A stretch of DNA of 64,000 nt from Ignisphaera sp. (lineage in GTDB: Archaea > Thermoproteota > Thermoprotei_A > Sulfolobales > Ignisphaeraceae). Within the stretch, counting starts at the first letter, position 1. Every line of letters starts with the position of its first letter. The DNA lies in contig JAWAHS010000002.1 in the NCBI GenBank assembly GCA_038889075.1, positions 76,930 to 140,929 of the forward strand. Reading direction: 5' to 3'. Below are positions 1-10,125 of this stretch, in pieces. Made by a program: the position numbers and the translations under genes. Below the pieces are notes generated by a model. That model ran no database searches, was not told the DNA's origin, and saw nothing but the letters and a program-made list of their open reading frames with translations.

Positions 1-44
1 GGCTGGCTCTGATATATCTGATAATTAGATTAAGGAGGAGGTAG

Positions 45-1298
45 ATGAGGCTCTACGACATCTTCTTCCTCGCATTTAGAGCACTGTGGACACATAAAAT
101 TAGAACGGCCCTTCTAATTTTCAGTGTTACAGTCGGTATTACTGCTATGATCGCTCTAACGTCACAGACGGAAGGTGTTGGAAGAAGTATTGTCTCCATG
201 CTCCAGAGGCTGGGTCCTGATACCCTAATTGTAAATGTAGTGGGTAGAAGGTTAACAGATCTAGATATATCTATAATGGCCTCACTAGATGGTGTTAAGA
301 AGGCTATACCAGTTGTAAGGGAGATGGGTATAATAGCCCTTGGCGATACTCAAGTAAATGTAGTAATGTATGGTATAGCATCACAGGAGCTAAGCGAAAT
401 TTTGGGAGAGATAAAACTAGTTGATGGTTCTCCATATCAAGATGCAACAGTTCCTTTAGCTGTTGTAGGAAGCCAGATAGCATTTCCAAATACAACAAGT
501 CAGCCTACAGTACTCCCAGGCCAGACTATTATGGTGTACACCCGGAGCAGTCCATCACAATCGGTGCCTATAGTGATGATAGTTACAGGTATACTTGACC
601 GTTATGGAGCTATGGGCCTCATATCACCAGATACAGCGATCTTCACGTCTATTCAAGCTGCTCAGCAAGCATTTAATAAAAGGTGGTACGATTTGGTGAT
701 AATTAAAGTTTCTGATGTAAGTTATATAGATATGGTGGAGGAAAACCTGAGAAACATCTATGGGGGTGCTGTAAACACTATATCCCCAACCCAAATGGCT
801 CAAACGATGCAAGGTGTAATTGCACAGATCACACTACTCCTTGGGGGTATTGCAGCAGTATCGCTAATAGCGGCTGCTCTAGGTATACTCAATATGATGC
901 TGGTTATAATCACAGAAAGAACTAGAGAAATAGGGACTATGAAAGCCCTAGGTTTCAAGAATAAATATATATTGGCACAGATAGTAGTTGAGGGGTTATT
1001 AATTGGTATATTTGGGGGTATAGCCGGCATAGCAGTAGGTATAGTAGCATCATATACACTACCACATCTAATAGTGAGAGGCACGGCAATGCCAACAGTT
1101 ACATCAACAAGATTGCCACAGACCAGAATGGTTAACCCTATGACACCCACTTTCAACATCTCTTACGAACCCTATATAAATCCAGCTATAGTATTGATAT
1201 CGTTGGCACTAGCGGTATTAGTAAGTGTTGCCTCGAGTCTCTATCCTGCTTGGAGAGCGGCTAAAATGGATCCCGTTAAAGCACTACGATATGAATAG
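45..1298 (+). CDS. ABC transporter permease, MacB/FtsX (ABC-3) family
   Basis: N-terminal TM, large extracellular domain, ITERTREIGTMKALG motif, C-terminal PAWRAAKMDPVKALRYE; SD AGGAGGAGG upstream. Confidence 0.93.
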   Translation: MRLYDIFFLAFRALWTHKIRTALLIFSVTVGITAMIALTSQTEGVGRSIVSMLQRLGPDTLIVNVVGRRLTDLDISIMASLDGVKKAIPVVREMGIIALGDTQVNVVMYGIASQELSEILGEIKLVDGSPYQDATVPLAVVGSQIAFPNTTSQPTVLPGQTIMVYTRSSPSQSVPIVMIVTGILDRYGAMGLISPDTAIFTSIQAAQQAFNKRWYDLVIIKVSDVSYIDMVEENLRNIYGGAVNTISPTQMAQTMQGVIAQITLLLGGIAAVSLIAAALGILNMMLVIITERTREIGTMKALGFKNKYILAQIVVEGLLIGIFGGIAGIAVGIVASYTLPHLIVRGTAMPTVTSTRLPQTRMVNPMTPTFNISYEPYINPAIVLISLALAVLVSVASSLYPAWRAAKMDPVKALRYE

Positions 1299-1300
1299 TC

Positions 1301-1816
1301 GTGGTGAGGCTATACTATGTATTGAACCGGAATCGGGTATCACCTATGCATAAAAATACAATCATAGCATTAATTATAGGTCTTGCCATAATCATTTTCT
1401 GGCCTTTAACAACATACCTTATATACCCAGTTCCACCAGAAAGTGTTGAACCTATTATCAAAATTTGTGATGAAGATCTTCCTCTCGAAAAATTGCCCGG
1501 ATTTTTAATTGGTATCGGAGGGCTTGTGAGATTTAGAGATGCAGATTTTAGAGCCAGAGGGGTACCTATATCGCTTCATCGTCGCGTAGCCATCTTCAGA
1601 ATCGGGACAGGTGAGACAATTATTGTAATGTTTATGCCCAGGTATAGATCTGTTGATGAAGGATATGAATTGAGTGGTGACGAACTGGCTGAACTAATCG
1701 ATGACGGTGCAATATTAAGAGGATATGCATTTCTAACAAGAAGAGGCATAGTACTTACACCAACCAAGGTTGTTGTTGGAAATAAGACATTCATTGCCGT
1801 GCCACCCTACCGATAA
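1301..1816 (+). CDS. hypothetical membrane-anchored protein (likely start ATG 1346)
   Basis: ORF directly after the permease; one N-terminal hydrophobic helix. Confidence 0.7.
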   Translation: MVRLYYVLNRNRVSPMHKNTIIALIIGLAIIIFWPLTTYLIYPVPPESVEPIIKICDEDLPLEKLPGFLIGIGGLVRFRDADFRARGVPISLHRRVAIFRIGTGETIIVMFMPRYRSVDEGYELSGDELAELIDDGAILRGYAFLTRRGIVLTPTKVVVGNKTFIAVPPYR

Positions 1817-1943
1817 TTGAATAGGGTAATTGTATTTGGAGAAGCTTCATCGTAACATATAGGGTTTGATTGTAGTGTTGTATGAATATAAATGCTGGGC
1901 AATGGAGTTTGTAATTAGGAATGCAACTAGTTGGTGAAGTTAT

Positions 1944-2498
1944 ATGGATCTATATATAGCACTACTCTTAGCAGTAGAGTGTATTAGTATTACCGCATTT
2001 GCATATCTAGAGGCGTTATTCATCAGAGTATATAGGGGGGTTAGATTGGAGAGCGTTCTAGTATATGCAATATTTATCCTCTTCCTCCTCTTAAGCCAAT
2101 TTTGCAGCATACTTTCTATCATTGTATCTGATAGCAGAACTGCGGCTGCTCTATATGTGGCAACATCATCGCTAGCTCTAGCAGGCTTTATACTAATATG
2201 CACCCCCAGCTCCAATAGCATGTACATAGCTATACCTATTTTTATCGCTTCACCAGATATACTCGCAGGGTTGCTATCAACCATACTTATACTGAAGCGT
2301 ATAGCAGGTAGAACAAAATATTTTCTAACACTACTATCCCTTTCCTACTATATTAGAGGAGTAAGTACCCTGCTAACAGCAGCTCAAGGTTCACCTCTGC
2401 TACTACTAATATCTGAAGCTACAAGAGCTATTGCAGTAGTACTCCTATCGCTACACCATACTGCCCAGGTATTAGTCTATGGTAAAGAAGAGAAGTAA
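1944..2498 (+). CDS. hypothetical polytopic membrane protein
   Basis: 184 aa, about 5-6 hydrophobic segments; GGTGA SD upstream; overlaps next gene. Confidence 0.75.
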   Translation: MDLYIALLLAVECISITAFAYLEALFIRVYRGVRLESVLVYAIFILFLLLSQFCSILSIIVSDSRTAAALYVATSSLALAGFILICTPSSNSMYIAIPIFIASPDILAGLLSTILILKRIAGRTKYFLTLLSLSYYIRGVSTLLTAAQGSPLLLLISEATRAIAVVLLSLHHTAQVLVYGKEEK

Positions 2499-2751
2499 GT
2501 TAGAGATAATATTTGATGTTATTGAAATATTGTCTAGAGAGTCTGCAAATCCTACAAAGTTATCAATGTTGGTGAATATGCCTTATGACAGACTCAAGAG
2601 ACTGCTAGAGGAATTAGAGGATAAAGGGGTTGTTAGACGTGAGGAGCAAGGAAGGTCTAGGGTCTACGTGTTGACTCCACAGGGGTATAGATTAAGTGAA
2701 GAACTAAAAAAGATTCGAAAGATATTGACAGACTATGGTATATTAGAATAG
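2479..2751 (+). CDS. winged helix-turn-helix transcriptional regulator
   Basis: KRSKLEIIFDVIEIL...NPTKLSMLVNMPYDRLKRLLEEL...YVLTPQG pattern of small archaeal wHTH proteins. Confidence 0.9.
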   Translation: MVKKRSKLEIIFDVIEILSRESANPTKLSMLVNMPYDRLKRLLEELEDKGVVRREEQGRSRVYVLTPQGYRLSEELKKIRKILTDYGILE

Positions 2752-3247
2752 AGTCGAAATCTATAGACGTCGAGGCAGCGAATTCTCAGTATATTTAGAT
2801 CCCTTACCGTTATGTGCTTACAACATTTCTCTACCCCCTTTCGAGAGTCTGCATTGCTGTACATATTTTCTGTGAAAATGATGAAGAAGAATAATTGCAA
2901 TCTAATATCCACGGTATATATAAGAGCGATCACAATCTATCTGAAGAAGCTCCAATCAAATCCGTGAAGAGATCTGCATACTCCTAGAACTGGAACAAAA
3001 ACAAAATATATGAAAATAGAGGCATCAGCACAAGGAAAGTTCTCGATGTTGTCTACCTTCATTGATTTAAATCCTCCTCTCCTACTTTCAAAGGGAGTAG
3101 AAAATGAATGGATGTTTATAGAGAATTCTATAGATTGTTCAAGGAAAGTTATTGTTTAAATCAAGAGTCTGAATAGCTATACATATGAGAAATTAAAGTT
3201 TATAAACCTTAATCTACAGTTAAATGGTTAAGTTTAGGTGAATTGAG

Positions 3248-6001
3248 ATGGTAGAATACCGGTTTACAGCATTAATAGCCATATTCATGATTTTAGTAAG
3301 CCTAGTAGGATGTGCATTCCTAACAGAGGTTCGTGGACAGGCTACTGCACCCAGGGGTCCATGGGTAGATGAAATTACATTTATAATGGAGCCAGACGCT
3401 GCTAAAGCTCTTGACATGCTTAAGAAGGGCGAGATTCAGATATACTTTGACGATTTTGGAGATCCAGAGCTCTTTAAAGATATTAAAGCATCAGGGTTAA
3501 GATATGTAGTATCATATGGTCTTTACTATGAGCTTACCTTTAATCCATATGGACCCGAGTTTACAACAGGTGAACTAAATCCATTTAGCGTAGCTAGGAT
3601 TAGGGAGGCTATGAACTATATAGTTGATAGAGACTATATAGTTAATGAAATTATGGGTGGATTGGCAGTACCTAGATACACAGCAATAGCGCCAAGCTTC
3701 CCGGACTATGCTAGATACGCAGATGTTATGTTTGAGATTGAAAGTGAGTATAGATACAACTTTGAAAAGGGTAGAGAGATTATATTTGAGGAGATGAAAA
3801 AGCTTGGGGCAGAGTATAGAGATGGTAAGTGGTATTATAAAGGAAGCCCTGTTGTTATAAAGTTTCTAATCAGAGTAGAGGATGCCAGAAAGGCTATAGG
3901 CGATTATGTATCTACTCAGCTAGAGAAGTTAGGATTTACAGTAGAAAGGATGTATAAGACAGCTAGAGAAGCTTCGCCGATATGGATTAGAGGTGATCCA
4001 GCTAAAGGTGAGTGGCATCTATATACAGGGGGATGGATAACCACATTGGTATCTAGAGATGAGGCTGATAACTTCGGCTACTTCTATACCTCATTAGGAA
4101 GACCAGAACCGCTATGGCAGGCATATAAACCGGATCCAGAATTCTATACTGTTGCAGAGAAGCTCTGGAATAGAGCATTCACAACCATTGAGGAAAGAGA
4201 CGAGCTTATGAGAAAGGCTATAGTACTATCTATGAAGGATTCTGTAAGGGTATGGCTAGTACACCTAACATCAGTATGGGCTGCAAGACCAGAGGTTGTA
4301 CTCTCATATGATTTAGCAGGCGGGTTCTCAGGCTCGAGACTATGGCCATACACGGTAAGATATGTAGATAAAGTTGGAGGATCTATGAAGATAGCCCTTC
4401 CCAATACACTTGTAGAGCCCTGGAATCCCATAGCAGGCACCAATTGGATATTTGATATGGCTGTGATCAGAGCTACCAGTGACCCTGCTGTTATGCCGGA
4501 TCCCTATACAGGGCTGTATTGGCCAAATAGAGTTAAAAAAGCAGAGGTGTATGTCCTTAAAGGACTTCCTGTCACAAAAACTCTGGACTGGGTTGATCTG
4601 AAGTTTGTTGATAGAATAGAGGTTCCATCTGATGCATGGTATGGTTGGAATGCGTCAACAAAGCAGATGGTAGCTCCACCTCCAGGGACTACTGCTAATG
4701 CAAAGGTCGTTCTACATTACGAGGATGATCTATTTAAGAAGGTTAAATGGCATGATGGTAGCTCACTAACAATGGGCGATATACTGCTATCATTTATATT
4801 AACGTTTGATCGAGCTGATCCTGCAAGTCCGATCTATGATGAGGCGTATGTGCCAAGCTTTAGGGCATTCAGAGAAACATTTAAAGGATTAAAGATACTA
4901 AGTACAGATCCCCTTATAATCGAATACTACACAGATACAGTGTACCTTGATGCAGAGTGGATCGCTGCTAGTGCCGTTGTATGGCCTGAGTATAGCCAGG
5001 GTCCAGGACCATGGCATGTACTTGCAGTTGCATGGCTTGCAGAAGCCGAACAGAAGTTGGCATTCTCATCGGCTAAAGCTGATAAGCTAAAGATCGAATG
5101 GACCAATTTCATAGCAGGTCCATCGCTGGATATATTGAAGGGGATGCTGGATAGAGCAATTAGAGAAAACTTCATTCCATATGCAGAATTCCTGGGTAAA
5201 TATATAACCTCTGCTGAGGCCTCAGCAAGGTATGGAAACCTGAAGAAGTGGGTTGAGTCGAAAGGCCACTTCTTGGTCGGTAACGGACCATTCTATCTAG
5301 ATAAAGTTGATGTTACGGCAAAGATACTTATTATAAAAGCCTTTAGAGAATTTCCGGATACTGCCGATAAGTGGCTTATGTTTGCAGAACCCATGGTTCC
5401 CGAAGCAAGCATAACACTACCATTAATTGTGACCCAGGGTCAGGCAGTAGAATTTGAAATAGATATAACATCACATGGACTTCCATATAGAGTTGACGAT
5501 ATTATGTATGTGAAGTACATCATTAGACATGGAGACAGAACAAAGATAGGCATGGCCACGCCAGTAAGGGACGGCAAATGGGTTGTGAAACTTTCAGTAG
5601 AGGAAACAAAGGAGTTGATACCAGGTTCAGCAGAACTTACAATAATCATCGTTTCAAAACTTGTAGGCACTCCAACAATAGTAAAACAACCATTTACAGT
5701 AGCAGGGGTCACACCTACTCCTACTCCAACTCCTACTCCAACGCCCACCCCTACCCCGACTCCAACGCCAACACCTACACCTACTCCCACACCTACTCCT
5801 GTGCCTGGTGCTGTAACAGTTACAGTTGTTAGGACAGAAACAGCAACAGTAACATCAACAGCTGTAGTAACATCAACAGCAGTATCAACAACAACAGTAA
5901 CAAAAACAGAGACAGTAACAGAATGGACAACAACAACAGCACTAGCAATAGCACTACTAATAATAGGAATAGCAATAGGATGGTTCATAAAAAGAAAATA
6001 G
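3248..6001 (+). CDS. ABC transporter substrate-binding protein, family 5 (Opp/Dpp type), with Pro-Thr linker and C-terminal membrane anchor
   Basis: signal peptide; NPFSVARIREAMNYIVDR, KWHDGSSLT and VGNGPFYL family-5 motifs; (PT)n repeat, Thr-rich stalk, TM helix plus KRK. Confidence 0.92.
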   Translation: MVEYRFTALIAIFMILVSLVGCAFLTEVRGQATAPRGPWVDEITFIMEPDAAKALDMLKKGEIQIYFDDFGDPELFKDIKASGLRYVVSYGLYYELTFNPYGPEFTTGELNPFSVARIREAMNYIVDRDYIVNEIMGGLAVPRYTAIAPSFPDYARYADVMFEIESEYRYNFEKGREIIFEEMKKLGAEYRDGKWYYKGSPVVIKFLIRVEDARKAIGDYVSTQLEKLGFTVERMYKTAREASPIWIRGDPAKGEWHLYTGGWITTLVSRDEADNFGYFYTSLGRPEPLWQAYKPDPEFYTVAEKLWNRAFTTIEERDELMRKAIVLSMKDSVRVWLVHLTSVWAARPEVVLSYDLAGGFSGSRLWPYTVRYVDKVGGSMKIALPNTLVEPWNPIAGTNWIFDMAVIRATSDPAVMPDPYTGLYWPNRVKKAEVYVLKGLPVTKTLDWVDLKFVDRIEVPSDAWYGWNASTKQMVAPPPGTTANAKVVLHYEDDLFKKVKWHDGSSLTMGDILLSFILTFDRADPASPIYDEAYVPSFRAFRETFKGLKILSTDPLIIEYYTDTVYLDAEWIAASAVVWPEYSQGPGPWHVLAVAWLAEAEQKLAFSSAKADKLKIEWTNFIAGPSLDILKGMLDRAIRENFIPYAEFLGKYITSAEASARYGNLKKWVESKGHFLVGNGPFYLDKVDVTAKILIIKAFREFPDTADKWLMFAEPMVPEASITLPLIVTQGQAVEFEIDITSHGLPYRVDDIMYVKYIIRHGDRTKIGMATPVRDGKWVVKLSVEETKELIPGSAELTIIIVSKLVGTPTIVKQPFTVAGVTPTPTPTPTPTPTPTPTPTPTPTPTPTPTPVPGAVTVTVVRTETATVTSTAVVTSTAVSTTTVTKTETVTEWTTTTALAIALLIIGIAIGWFIKRK
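5711..5800 (+). repeat. coding 6-bp-period repeat encoding about 15 Thr-Pro units
   Basis: ACN-CCN codon array with synonymous variation; TPTPTP linker. Confidence 0.9.
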
Positions 6002-6124
6002 AATAAAAAGAAATTTTTTAAATTTTTAATTTTTAAATTATTATTGAGTCTCCTTATTCTGTATCCATGTCATTAGATGGTATTTATTTATAAAAATTTA
6101 AAAATTCAAGAGTAGTTAGATTAA

Positions 6125-7153
6125 ATGGAATTGGTGATGATGTTTATGCATCCAATTGTAAGATATGTTTTACAGAGAGCACTATTAGCATTTTTAGTGA
6201 TATGGATAGGGTTGACAATAACGTTTGTACTATCTAGGCTGATGCCTTTCAACGCTGCTGACTTGTTTATATCTAGACTGGTTTCACAGGGTGCTACTAT
6301 AACCGGTCAGGAAATTGAGATTATGAAGAGACAGCTACTAGAGCTTTATGGTCTTGATAAACCTATTATTGACCAGTATTTGATATTCTTAAGGAATTAT
6401 ATGGTAACAGGTGAAATGGGGCCTTCCTTTGCATTTTTCCCAACGAGTGTACGGGATGTTATTGCAAAGGCTCTTCCATGGTCGCTACTGCTACTCATAA
6501 TGGCTTCTATCATTAGCTGGATCGTTGGTAATGGTATAGGTGTTCTAGCAGCTCTGACCAGACATAGAAGAATTTCAAATATCTTAGAAAATGTTGCAAT
6601 AGCTTTTCAGCCCGTACCATTTGCAGTACTTGCGATAGCCTTTCTGGTATTCTATGCACTTATTCTTAGATTGCCTATACCAAGTGGAGGATACATTGTC
6701 ACAGGTTCGGCTATTGAAATGTTTGCATATATGTTGCGTAGGGCTGCATTTCCATTACTAGTTTTAGTAATGTTTGGATGGTTCGGAGGGTTTGTTAGTA
6801 TGAAGGCTATAGCTCTTAAGATGCGTGAAGAGGATTTTATTGTATATTCATTCCTACAGGGAGCACCTACAAATTCTATTAGATATATGATATTTAGAAA
6901 CTCAATACTGCCGCAATTCACGTCCCTTGTCCTAGGACTTTCAAGGGTTTTTATAGGCTCACTCCTTATAGAATATATATTCAATTATCCGGGTATAGGC
7001 TATATACTCCAAGGAGCTATAGCAAATGCGGATTACAACTTAATGCTGGGTGTACTATTCTTTGCAACAGTAGCTACTGCCACGGCAACATTCATCCTAG
7101 ACCTAGTATATCCATTAATAGATCCTAGGATTAGATACCCTGGTCAAGGGTGA
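6125..7153 (+). CDS. Opp/Dpp-family ABC permease (DppB-like)
   Basis: LYGLDKPIIDQY, IEYIFNYPGIG, LDLVYPLIDPRIRY motifs. Confidence 0.92.
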   Translation: MELVMMFMHPIVRYVLQRALLAFLVIWIGLTITFVLSRLMPFNAADLFISRLVSQGATITGQEIEIMKRQLLELYGLDKPIIDQYLIFLRNYMVTGEMGPSFAFFPTSVRDVIAKALPWSLLLLIMASIISWIVGNGIGVLAALTRHRRISNILENVAIAFQPVPFAVLAIAFLVFYALILRLPIPSGGYIVTGSAIEMFAYMLRRAAFPLLVLVMFGWFGGFVSMKAIALKMREEDFIVYSFLQGAPTNSIRYMIFRNSILPQFTSLVLGLSRVFIGSLLIEYIFNYPGIGYILQGAIANADYNLMLGVLFFATVATATATFILDLVYPLIDPRIRYPGQG

Positions 7154-7159
7154 TGGAAG

Positions 7160-8017
7160 GTGGCCTACGTTTATAGATTTAAAGAGCTTGTATTAAAACC
7201 AAAATTCCTAGTGCCGCTAATCATATTCATAGGTTTGTTGCTGTATTCATTTATATTTCCTGCTACCATAACTATAAATCCTGGAAGATGGTACTATGCA
7301 CCACCAGCACAGCCACCGAGCTTAGCCTATCCCTTCGGTACAACTTCTATGGGCCAAGACCTCTTCTTACTAGTACCTACGGCTCTTAGAAATACTATAA
7401 TTATAAGTTTTGTAGCAGCGGTAATCTCGGTGCTGATAGCATGGGGTATAGGCTCTACAGCAGCACTCTCATCAGCCATTGTGAGATCGACGCTGATGAC
7501 ACTAGTTGATATAATATGTGTATTGCCAGGTTTGCCGCTGCTAATGGTTATATTCTATACGTGGAGAGATTATTTAACAATACCTTTAATAGGTATAATA
7601 ATGGGTTTGATAGGCTGGGGCTTTCCAGCGAGGGCCATCTATGCAATGCTATCTAGCCTACGCCAGAGAACATTCATATACACATCATACTTTTCTGGAT
7701 TGGCAATATATAAAATTGTTATAAAGGATTTCATACCTTTCCTCCTCAGATATCTAATGATAAATCTAGTAGGTACAATGACATGGGCTATAGGTAATGA
7801 AGTAACGGTATCGATATTCGGTGCTATGAAGATGGAGGAAGCAACAATAGGAACTACAATACACTGGGCCATGTATTATCAGGCAATACTTCTAGGTGTC
7901 TGGTGGTGGTTAGCGATACCAATAGCATTTCTAGTACTGTTTGTACTATCACTATACGTACTTATGGTCGAGATCGACAAGTATATATTTGCAAGGGCTA
8001 GAGTGACGTGGGGGTAG
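7160..8017 (+). CDS. Opp/Dpp-family ABC permease (DppC-like)
   Basis: PPSLAYPFGTTSMGQDLF and WWWLAIP motifs; about 6 TM. Confidence 0.9.
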   Translation: MAYVYRFKELVLKPKFLVPLIIFIGLLLYSFIFPATITINPGRWYYAPPAQPPSLAYPFGTTSMGQDLFLLVPTALRNTIIISFVAAVISVLIAWGIGSTAALSSAIVRSTLMTLVDIICVLPGLPLLMVIFYTWRDYLTIPLIGIIMGLIGWGFPARAIYAMLSSLRQRTFIYTSYFSGLAIYKIVIKDFIPFLLRYLMINLVGTMTWAIGNEVTVSIFGAMKMEEATIGTTIHWAMYYQAILLGVWWWLAIPIAFLVLFVLSLYVLMVEIDKYIFARARVTWG

Positions 8018-8022
8018 AGATA

Positions 8023-9021
8023 ATGTCTAGTGACATCCTCACGGTTAATAATCTGGATGGAGGTTACGAGGTATTCGTTGGAGAAAGAAGAGTGTTTGTG
8101 CATGCAGTTAACGATGTGTCACTCACGTTGCATACTGATGAAGTTTTGGGTATAGCAGGAGAATCAGGTTGCGGTAAGTCTACGTTGGCCAAGATGATCT
8201 ATGGTGCACTGATACCGCCACTTGTGGTAAGAGGTGGAAGCATATACATTAGCACCAAAAGTGGTGAAATTTTAGAGATGAATAAACTTGCCATAGATGT
8301 AATTAGAAGAAAGATCTGGTGGATGGAAATATCATATATACCGCAAAACTCTATGAATGTTTTAAATCCGTTGAAGCGAATAAAGGACCAATTTATAGAT
8401 GTTTTTAGATACCATAACATTGAGATAGATAAGGAGGGTATTGTAAGGCATCTAAAGGATACTCTATCGACCTTAGGACTCCCTCCAGAGGTTATAAATG
8501 CCTATCCCCACCAGCTCTCTGGTGGCATGAGGCAGAGGGTAGTTATAGCACTAAGTCTCCTATTTAATCCAAGGATAGTTCTAGCAGACGAACCAACAAC
8601 TGCTGTAGATGTAGTTACACAGAGAACAATCCTTTCATTGCTTAAGGAATGGCGTGAAAGTAATAAGAGCTCCCTTATATTAATTTCACATGACATGTCT
8701 GTACACGCATATATGGACGATAGAGTTGCAATAATGTATGCAGGAAATATTGTGGAACTGGGTAATGCGCTCGATATCTTTAAAGAACCTCTACATCCAT
8801 ATACAAGGGCATTGATAGAATCGCTTATTAGAAGGGGGGATAAATCGATTAGAAAGGGTTTAGCAGGTCAGCCACCAGATCTCACTAGTCCTCCACCCGG
8901 CTGCAGATTCCATCCAAGATGTCCCTATGCAATGGATGTATGTAGATCCAGGGAGCCACCGGTAACGCCTTTGGATAAAGATAGATATGTTAGATGCTGG
9001 CTTTATGCGACTCCAAGGTGA
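8023..9021 (+). CDS. Opp/Dpp-family ABC ATPase (DppD-like)
   Basis: GESGCGKS, LSGGMRQR, DEPTT, C-terminal PPPGCRFHPRC. Confidence 0.95.
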   Translation: MSSDILTVNNLDGGYEVFVGERRVFVHAVNDVSLTLHTDEVLGIAGESGCGKSTLAKMIYGALIPPLVVRGGSIYISTKSGEILEMNKLAIDVIRRKIWWMEISYIPQNSMNVLNPLKRIKDQFIDVFRYHNIEIDKEGIVRHLKDTLSTLGLPPEVINAYPHQLSGGMRQRVVIALSLLFNPRIVLADEPTTAVDVVTQRTILSLLKEWRESNKSSLILISHDMSVHAYMDDRVAIMYAGNIVELGNALDIFKEPLHPYTRALIESLIRRGDKSIRKGLAGQPPDLTSPPPGCRFHPRCPYAMDVCRSREPPVTPLDKDRYVRCWLYATPR

Positions 9022-9026
9022 TATGG

Positions 9027-10046
9027 ATGAAAGGTGAAAATAAACTAGAAGTAGAAGATGTTACAAAACTGTACGGCTACGGACTTCTTGGACTAAAGAA
9101 ATTTAAAGCACTAGATAGTATATCGATGGAGATAGATCTTGAGAAGCCGAAGATTGTTGTAGTAGCGGGGGAAACTGGTAGCGGTAAGACGACACTACTC
9201 CGCATAATTATGGGGGTAGTGAAACCTGATATTGGAAGGGTTCTATACAGAGGCTATGATATACATAGGCTAAGAGGATCTGCAGCTAAATGGTATAGAA
9301 GAGAGGTACAACCAGTATTCCAGGATCCGTATGAAGCCTTCAATCCCCTTAGAAGAATCGATTCCTATTTCTACGATACAATAAGGAATATTTGTGGAGT
9401 TAGAGAGAAAAATGAGATTGAATATAGAATTGATGAATCGCTACGATTTGTTGGACTAGGCCTTGATAGGATTTCCGGTAAATATCCCCACGAATTTTCG
9501 GGTGGAGAGCTGCAACGAATTTCAATTGCACGGGCTCTTCTAACGGGTCCGAAAGTACTATTAGCAGACGAGCCTGTTTCGATGCTTGATGCTACGCTAC
9601 GAGTAGGGATACTGAATATACTAAAGGATTTGAAAGAGAAACTGAATATGATTATTATCTATGTGACGCACGATCTATCAACAGCCTATTATATAGGTGA
9701 TGACATATCTATTATGTACAGAGGAACACTAGTTGAATACGGATCTATATCAAAGGTGTATCAGGAGCCTAGACATCCATATACAAATGCGTTATTAAAC
9801 TCTATACTTGAACCAGATCCATCTTTACGAGAGAGATATCCAGCGATAAAACCATCATCGCTAGAGCTAAAGGAGTTTCTAATAGCTGGATGTAGATATG
9901 CTAATAGATGTCCGTTTGCTAAAGATGTATGCTGGCATACGTTACCACCATTTGTAGATGTGGATGGTGTGAGTGTTAGATGCTGGAAATATCTGGACTA
10001 TAAAACTAGTTCAGTAGACAGGGTATCCTCTAAATCCAGTGGATAG
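9027..10046 (+). CDS. Opp/Dpp-family ABC ATPase (DppF-like)
   Basis: GETGSGKT, FSGGELQR, DEPVSMLD, C-terminal Cys motif. Confidence 0.95.
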   Translation: MKGENKLEVEDVTKLYGYGLLGLKKFKALDSISMEIDLEKPKIVVVAGETGSGKTTLLRIIMGVVKPDIGRVLYRGYDIHRLRGSAAKWYRREVQPVFQDPYEAFNPLRRIDSYFYDTIRNICGVREKNEIEYRIDESLRFVGLGLDRISGKYPHEFSGGELQRISIARALLTGPKVLLADEPVSMLDATLRVGILNILKDLKEKLNMIIIYVTHDLSTAYYIGDDISIMYRGTLVEYGSISKVYQEPRHPYTNALLNSILEPDPSLRERYPAIKPSSLELKEFLIAGCRYANRCPFAKDVCWHTLPPFVDVDGVSVRCWKYLDYKTSSVDRVSSKSSG

Positions 10047-10125
10047 CATTACCATACTGCAGATTAATAATCAGATAGCTTTTTAAAGGGGGCCATGAGA
10101 GGTGTAGTATAGGAGATGAGATAAC

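Noticed and set aside
2824-3106. Imperfect ~22-bp inverted pair (2824-2847 and 3085-3106) around ORF-poor DNA, possible MITE
   Set aside because: Needs gaps and several mismatches; no target-site duplication seen
5440-5988. 182-aa antisense ORF with GV repeats
   Set aside because: Shadow of the PT/Thr-rich linker on the + strand
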